A stretch of DNA of 43,380 nucleotides from a virus. This document shows positions 38,934-43,380 of the stretch, in pieces; position 1 is the first letter of the stretch; each line of letters starts with the position of its first letter. A program made the position numbers and the translations under genes. The notes below the pieces were generated by a model. The model was not told the origin of the DNA, ran no database searches, and saw only the letters and a program-made list of their open reading frames with translations. The stretch is taken from the IMG/VR virus record IMGVR_UViG_3300002461_000266, positions 1 through 43,380 of that record; one strand, given 5' to 3'.

Positions 38934-41062
38934 CAGGGTGCCGTCACCGCTGCGCCGCCGGGGGTCTGCGTGAAGCCACGCGGGAGGCTGCCGCGGCGAG
39001 GCGCGTTCGGCATGTTTTTCAGGTCATCAAAGAACAGGCGCACCGGCTCGCCTTCGCCCAGAATGACCGGCGTGCCGTCCGCGCTGCGCCATTCGATTGC
39101 CAGTTTGTTGTCGACCGTGACGTTGGCCCAGTAGCCCCGACGTGCGGCGTCCGCCACCGCTTTGCGGCGGTAGTCCTCGGACAGGGCCGGATCGCCACCT
39201 GGGGCCGGCGGGAATTCGCCGTCCTGCGTCGTCCGCATCAGCTTGTTGGCTTCGCGTTGGGCTGCGCCCAGCATACCCTTCGGGGCCAGGAACGTCTCGC
39301 CCATGTCGTAGCGATTGAAGATCAGGCTGTTCGCTGCGTTCTTAGCCGCCGTCTTGGGGTTTTCGCCCCGGGCGACCATCTGGTAGGCCAGCGCGCGGGC
39401 AGCCGCCAGTTCCTCGGCCAGCACGCGCTGCGACCCCGGCCCGGCTTGCGACAGGATGCGCGAGTACGGCAGCATATTCTGGTCGACCAGATTGTCGACA
39501 TCCTTGGCGTCGGCGTCCGGAATGTTCTTGCGCAAGTCCTTGCCCGCCTTGAGCGCGTTGGCCAGATCGACGCGGGTGTGCGCGTCCGGGCCGGTCGTCA
39601 GACGCCCCAGGGTCGTATAGCCGGGCGGCAGCTTCCCGCCCATCTGGGACAGAATCTCTCCCCACAGCGGGCCGTATTGCTTCTGCAGCGATTCCATGCG
39701 GTTCGCCACCTGCTCGGGCGGCAGGCTGCCAACTTCGGCCAGAACCTGATCGACTTGTGCCTTGGGCAACAGCCGTGCCGAGAATCCGGGGCCGCCAAGG
39801 TCGCGTTGGGCTTCCGCAGACACGGCAGCGTAGCGGCTGACGGCTTTGGGGTCGAACTGCGAATTGACCATCGCCTCGTAGGCTTGCTTTACCGGCGTCA
39901 CGTTTTGTATTGCGTAGCCTGCCGAATCTTGCGCCAAGGCACGGCGTCGTTCGTTGTCGGCAGCCAACACCGCTTCCGCATAAGCTCTGTCTTGCGTGTA
40001 ATCGCCTGACGTAGCGAGTTGAGTTAGCGCTTTCTGCACTATGACCGCAACTTCGTTTGCCGGCAACGACTTAATATCCTGCCGCGCCTTGCCGATGGCG
40101 AGCGCGCCGTTGATGGCGCGAGTCAATTTCGGGTCGCCGCCCGCTTCGCGCACGGACAGTCCGTTCGGAATTCCTGCTGCGGCCTCGTTGATGCGCTCCT
40201 GCACTTGCGCGACGTAGGCTGCCCGCTCGGCGTTGGCAAAAGTCTTGATGTCCTTGGTCAGGGTGTTCAGCGCCCTCGCATACTGCTCACCGGACAGTAG
40301 CTCCTGCCATCGCTTGTTACCTTCGAGTTCTGCCTTGAGTGCCTTGGCGTCGCGGCTGGTGTTGACGGCGGCGATGCGGGCGCCAACGGCTGCGCCCGGC
40401 AGCACATGGCGCCGATCCTCATAGAGCGCCTGGGTCTGCGCGTAAGTCAGCCCCGGCAGCTTCAAGTCACCGATCAGCTTTTTCTCGTCCGCCAGCAGCT
40501 GCTCCAGCAGCGCCGGGCTCTTCTGCACCGCAATCGTGTTGTTACTGAACACGTCCCGCAGGGCAGACGACGCGGCGACACCCGCGCGCTGCGACTGCGC
40601 CCGCATGGCGTTGTCGATAAGGCCCGCGCGCATACGGGACAGCCCAATCTCCAGTTCCTGCCGGGCTATCGGGTCCGTCTCCTGCTCGATCGCTTTGTTG
40701 CGGAAGTCGTCGAACTTCTGGTTGAAGTCCGCGACCATGTCCGGCATTTCGTTGAACGGCTTTTGCGCAGCTTGGTTCTGGTAGTCGAGGAACTGGTTGG
40801 TGCCGTCCGCAATGACCTGCGCCCGACGCAGCGCGGCTTCGCGCTCTACTTTGGCTTCCTGTTCCTTGCGCAGCCGTTCAGCTTCCCGCGCTTCGCGCTC
40901 TCGATCGGTCGCTATCTGGCCGGCGATAGCCAGTCCTGTTTTCTGCACTTCCCGCACAGCCGGGATCAGGTCAACCGCGCCTGCATCCTCGGCTGTCGCT
41001 CGACGGCCACCGCTGGCGCCGCCGCCTTGGATGTTCGCGGAATAGGTCGGGAGCTTAGGCAT
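38933..41062 (-). CDS. Internal virion/ejection protein (709 aa; T7 gp15 position and size)
   Basis: TAATG coupling with the upstream gene. It is long, helical and Ala/Gln/Arg-rich. Confidence 0.7.
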   Translation of the reverse strand: MPKLPTYSANIQGGGASGGRRATAEDAGAVDLIPAVREVQKTGLAIAGQIATDREREAREAERLRKEQEAKVEREAALRRAQVIADGTNQFLDYQNQAAQKPFNEMPDMVADFNQKFDDFRNKAIEQETDPIARQELEIGLSRMRAGLIDNAMRAQSQRAGVAASSALRDVFSNNTIAVQKSPALLEQLLADEKKLIGDLKLPGLTYAQTQALYEDRRHVLPGAAVGARIAAVNTSRDAKALKAELEGNKRWQELLSGEQYARALNTLTKDIKTFANAERAAYVAQVQERINEAAAGIPNGLSVREAGGDPKLTRAINGALAIGKARQDIKSLPANEVAVIVQKALTQLATSGDYTQDRAYAEAVLAADNERRRALAQDSAGYAIQNVTPVKQAYEAMVNSQFDPKAVSRYAAVSAEAQRDLGGPGFSARLLPKAQVDQVLAEVGSLPPEQVANRMESLQKQYGPLWGEILSQMGGKLPPGYTTLGRLTTGPDAHTRVDLANALKAGKDLRKNIPDADAKDVDNLVDQNMLPYSRILSQAGPGSQRVLAEELAAARALAYQMVARGENPKTAAKNAANSLIFNRYDMGETFLAPKGMLGAAQREANKLMRTTQDGEFPPAPGGDPALSEDYRRKAVADAARRGYWANVTVDNKLAIEWRSADGTPVILGEGEPVRLFFDDLKNMPNAPRRGSLPRGFTQTPGGAAVTAP

Positions 41063-41601
41063 TATCCGTAGTTCCTTGGCGTGTAGCCGGAGACAAAGTC
41101 GCTGTATCCGCTGTTGGTCGCGCCGCCCGTGCGCGAGAGCCGCGTGTAGGAGTTGTAAGCCGCAGCGCCGCCGCTCAAGAGTTCAGTGCCCGCGCGCATG
41201 TAGCTGGCCGACCGCGCCTGCCGTCCGCTGTAACGGTCCAGTTGCGCCGTGTTTGTGAAGCCGCGGGCACGTTGCTCGCCCTGGTAGATCACGAACTGCC
41301 GTTCCAGTTCGCCCTGCGCGGCCACGTCGCCCAGCACGTCGAGCACGCTGCCTTCGCCCGCAGCGCCACCGGATGCGCCTTGATTCGCCCGGATCGCGCC
41401 CAGCCGCAGCGCATTCTCGCGCTGAACCTGCGTCGCCTCCATCGCCGCGTCGGCGCGGGAAATCTGGGCGTTCTGCTCGTTGATGGTTGCGTTGTAGTTG
41501 GCCGAAGCTTGCGCCGCGCGGCCCTGCTGGATGACGCTGATCGCGCCCACCACTGCGGCGGCGGCTTGAATATACGGAAGTGCTACTGCCATGAAAGCCA
41601 T
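41062..41601 (-). CDS. Internal virion protein with N-terminal TM (179 aa; T7 gp14 position and size)
   Basis: MAFMAVALPYIQAAAAVVGAISVI TM segment, then a Gln/Ala/Arg-rich region. Confidence 0.65.
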   Translation of the reverse strand: MAFMAVALPYIQAAAAVVGAISVIQQGRAAQASANYNATINEQNAQISRADAAMEATQVQRENALRLGAIRANQGASGGAAGEGSVLDVLGDVAAQGELERQFVIYQGEQRARGFTNTAQLDRYSGRQARSASYMRAGTELLSGGAAAYNSYTRLSRTGGATNSGYSDFVSGYTPRNYG

Positions 41602-41604
41602 AAT

Positions 41605-42033
41605 CTACCTCGCGTTCATCCGAACGTAGCCGACGTGGTCCTCTGCGTCCGGGCCGTAGGCTTTCAGCACCGGCGTCTCCACTTGGAAACCCAGCAGCTT
41701 CGCCCACCTGTGGCCTTTGTCAAAGTCCCGTCGCACCGTCAATTCCACCCTGCCCTCCACCTTCTCCAGCGCGGCCTTTACCGCCCGCGTGATGAAGCCC
41801 ATATGCGGGCCGGTCTTGCTGGTCAAATACATCCAAGCCGTATGCCGCCCGCGCCACTGCGCAATCGTCCCGCCACACGCCAGCGGCTCGCCGTCATACA
41901 CCGCCGTCCAACTGTTCTGCCGCTCCAGTTCCATCAACGCCCCGATATCCATGGGCATCGACCCTTGCAACGACTCCTCCCCCATCAACCAGACCAAATG
42001 CCATCGCCGAAATGGCACGATGCGCTTAGTCAT
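41605..42033 (-). CDS. Small protein at the T7 gp13 position, acetyltransferase(GNAT)-fold-like (142 aa)
   Basis: 8-nt overlap with the tail tubular B stop. The pattern ...WTAVYDGEPLACGG...AWMYL...RVELTVRRDF.KGHRWAKLLGF resembles the gp13/DUF2833-type family as I recall it. Confidence 0.6.
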   Translation of the reverse strand: MTKRIVPFRRWHLVWLMGEESLQGSMPMDIGALMELERQNSWTAVYDGEPLACGGTIAQWRGRHTAWMYLTSKTGPHMGFITRAVKAALEKVEGRVELTVRRDFDKGHRWAKLLGFQVETPVLKAYGPDAEDHVGYVRMNAR

Positions 42034-43380
42034 TGACCTTCACTTCCGGCATGATCGCCAGCACCGTCGCCGGGAACGGCCCGTCCGCGCGCCAGTAGAC
42101 CTGCCCCAGCAGATCGTAGTCCGCCTCGAAGCGTTCCTTGACGACGCCTGTGAACAGGGGCGTGGCCTCGCCAAAGTTGTCACCCCACTGCTTGTTCAGC
42201 AGTTCGGTCAGGCTGGTCGCGCTCGGGCCATACTTCAAGCCAAGGGTATCCATCAGCCAGAAGCCGACCGAGTGGATGCGCTTGACCTTGCCCTGCGCCG
42301 TCCCGTTCTGTGACCCGCCTTCGACCGGCATCGTCTGCCCGTCGCTCTCGAAGCCGTAGCCCAGCGACACGACCGTCGCCGTGTTGTTCAGCGTGATCGT
42401 GCCGTTCGTGACGGTCACTGCCGGATGCTTGGCGCCGTCCGGGTAAGGCGCAACAGACTCGCCCTCCAGATGCCACAGCCCGGTCACGGTCGCGCTCGGG
42501 CTGCCGTTGACGACGGTGTACGCGCAGTCCAGATGCAGCGCGTCCTCCTGCTCGTCGCCGGACTCCCAAATCTTGCTCATGTATTCGACGTAACGCTTGA
42601 CGCCGCCGTTGATGTATCGCTTGACGACCATGTAGAGTTCGTCGCGCGTCGCATCCGGCGCGGGAACGGCAGCGATGCTCTCGACCAGCGCGCCGGCCGT
42701 GCCGCCGGAATTGCTGAACCCGCCCAGTTGGTGCCGGTGCCAGGCCACCACGTCCTGATCGCGCTCGTAGGTGAAGCCCAGCAGGACGCCATCGGAGCGC
42801 ACGGCCCAGACGATCGCCTGCGGCTGCTCCTGATAGGCCAGTTCGATCATGGCCGGGCGCGTGATGTGCTCGGCCAGCAGGGTCATGTCGGGCGCCTTAA
42901 AACCGTCCGCCTCGAACACGTAGGCCATCTCGCGCAGCTTGCGCGCGGCGCGCTGGACGAACAGCACCGCCTTGCCAGAGGAAACCGGGGCCACGTCCGC
43001 GCTGCCGTGGCGCGTGGCGGGCTTGCCGGTGATGTTGGTCGGGGTTATGGCCTCGTTCTGGGTCGAGGGCCGGATCTGCCACTCGCCTCGGGACGTGCCG
43101 GCCAGCAGTCCCTTCTCCGCAGACACCAGCCACTTGATCGCGTTGACGTCGTCAGCGTTGAGGGTAAAGGCCACGGCGTTGTCTGCCGCCACGGTGCCGT
43201 CCGTGGCGCTCGGGGAAAAGGCAGTGTACAGCCCGGTCTTGGAGCCGTCAAGGCGTTGCGGGGCCGTCGCCGCGCCAGCCAGGAATAGCCGGTCGTCGTA
43301 GAACGTGCCGCAGCTCGGAAAGCCGGTCGTGTCCGACCACAACCCCAGCCGCCACGTCGCCTTGGCGTTGGTGTTGGTCA
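42026..43380 (-). CDS. Tail tubular protein B-like, C-terminal part (unique sequence ends at 43286; 43287..43380 duplicates 1..94)
   Basis: Same frame as 1..1037 through the terminal duplication. The track start at 43342 is a TTG inside the duplicated segment, not a real start. Confidence 0.75.
   Translation of the reverse strand, partial: TNTNAKATWRLGLWSDTTGFPSCGTFYDDRLFLAGAATAPQRLDGSKTGLYTAFSPSATDGTVAADNAVAFTLNADDVNAIKWLVSAEKGLLAGTSRGEWQIRPSTQNEAITPTNITGKPATRHGSADVAPVSSGKAVLFVQRAARKLREMAYVFEADGFKAPDMTLLAEHITRPAMIELAYQEQPQAIVWAVRSDGVLLGFTYERDQDVVAWHRHQLGGFSNSGGTAGALVESIAAVPAPDATRDELYMVVKRYINGGVKRYVEYMSKIWESGDEQEDALHLDCAYTVVNGSPSATVTGLWHLEGESVAPYPDGAKHPAVTVTNGTITLNNTATVVSLGYGFESDGQTMPVEGGSQNGTAQGKVKRIHSVGFWLMDTLGLKYGPSATSLTELLNKQWGDNFGEATPLFTGVVKERFEADYDLLGQVYWRADGPFPATVLAIMPEVKVND
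43287..43380. repeat. Terminal direct duplication, copy 2 (identical to 1..94)
   Basis: See copy 1. Confidence 0.95.

Noticed and set aside
1-43380. A diversity-generating retroelement, which might be expected because some head genes recall BPP-1-like phages.
   Set aside because: No reverse-transcriptase-like ORF was found, and I noticed no template/variable repeat pair near the tail-fibre 3' end. This was not searched exhaustively.

Overview
This 43,380-nt window is one complete, GC-rich tailed-phage genome written as a linearised circle. Nt 1..94 recur exactly at 43287..43380, and the join falls inside a tail gene, so the unique length is 43,286 bp. All family calls come from motifs recognised by eye; no searches were run.

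The genome has two arms.

(1) A rightward early/middle arm (11643..30613, + strand):
- It opens with about 25 small, mostly translationally coupled ORFs of unknown function, punctuated by sigma70-like promoters and intrinsic terminators.
- These are followed by a RuvC-like resolvase, tRNA-Pro(UGG), an RtcB RNA ligase, a train of micro-ORFs, a metallophosphoesterase and an SF2 helicase.
- The arm ends with a DUF2800-type nuclease, a DUF2815-type SSB, a family-A DNA polymerase and a Prim-Pol/helicase.

(2) A leftward late arm (11420 down to 1, continuing 43286 down to 30591, - strand):
- It starts with TerS, an HNH nuclease, an endonuclease VII, TerL, three small coupled ORFs, portal, scaffold, major capsid protein and a decoration candidate.
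- Then come T7 gp11/gp12-like tail tubular proteins, gp13/14/15/16-position internal virion proteins and a T7-type tail fibre.
- It ends in an accessory/lysis cassette: SprT-like protease, secreted protein, M15 endolysin and 3-TM holin.

No phage RNA polymerase, integrase, repressor, reverse transcriptase or CRISPR array was seen.

The observations most worth a second look are:
- the tRNA-Pro/rtcB pair, plus a nearby metallophosphoesterase, as a candidate tRNA-damage counter-defence;
- a cluster of iterated 11-mer and 14-mer motifs at 14.35-15.4 kb;
- two free-standing nucleases and repeat-rich spacers inserted between terS and terL;
- twin hairpins after terL;
- acidic early proteins, one paired with a small wHTH gene.
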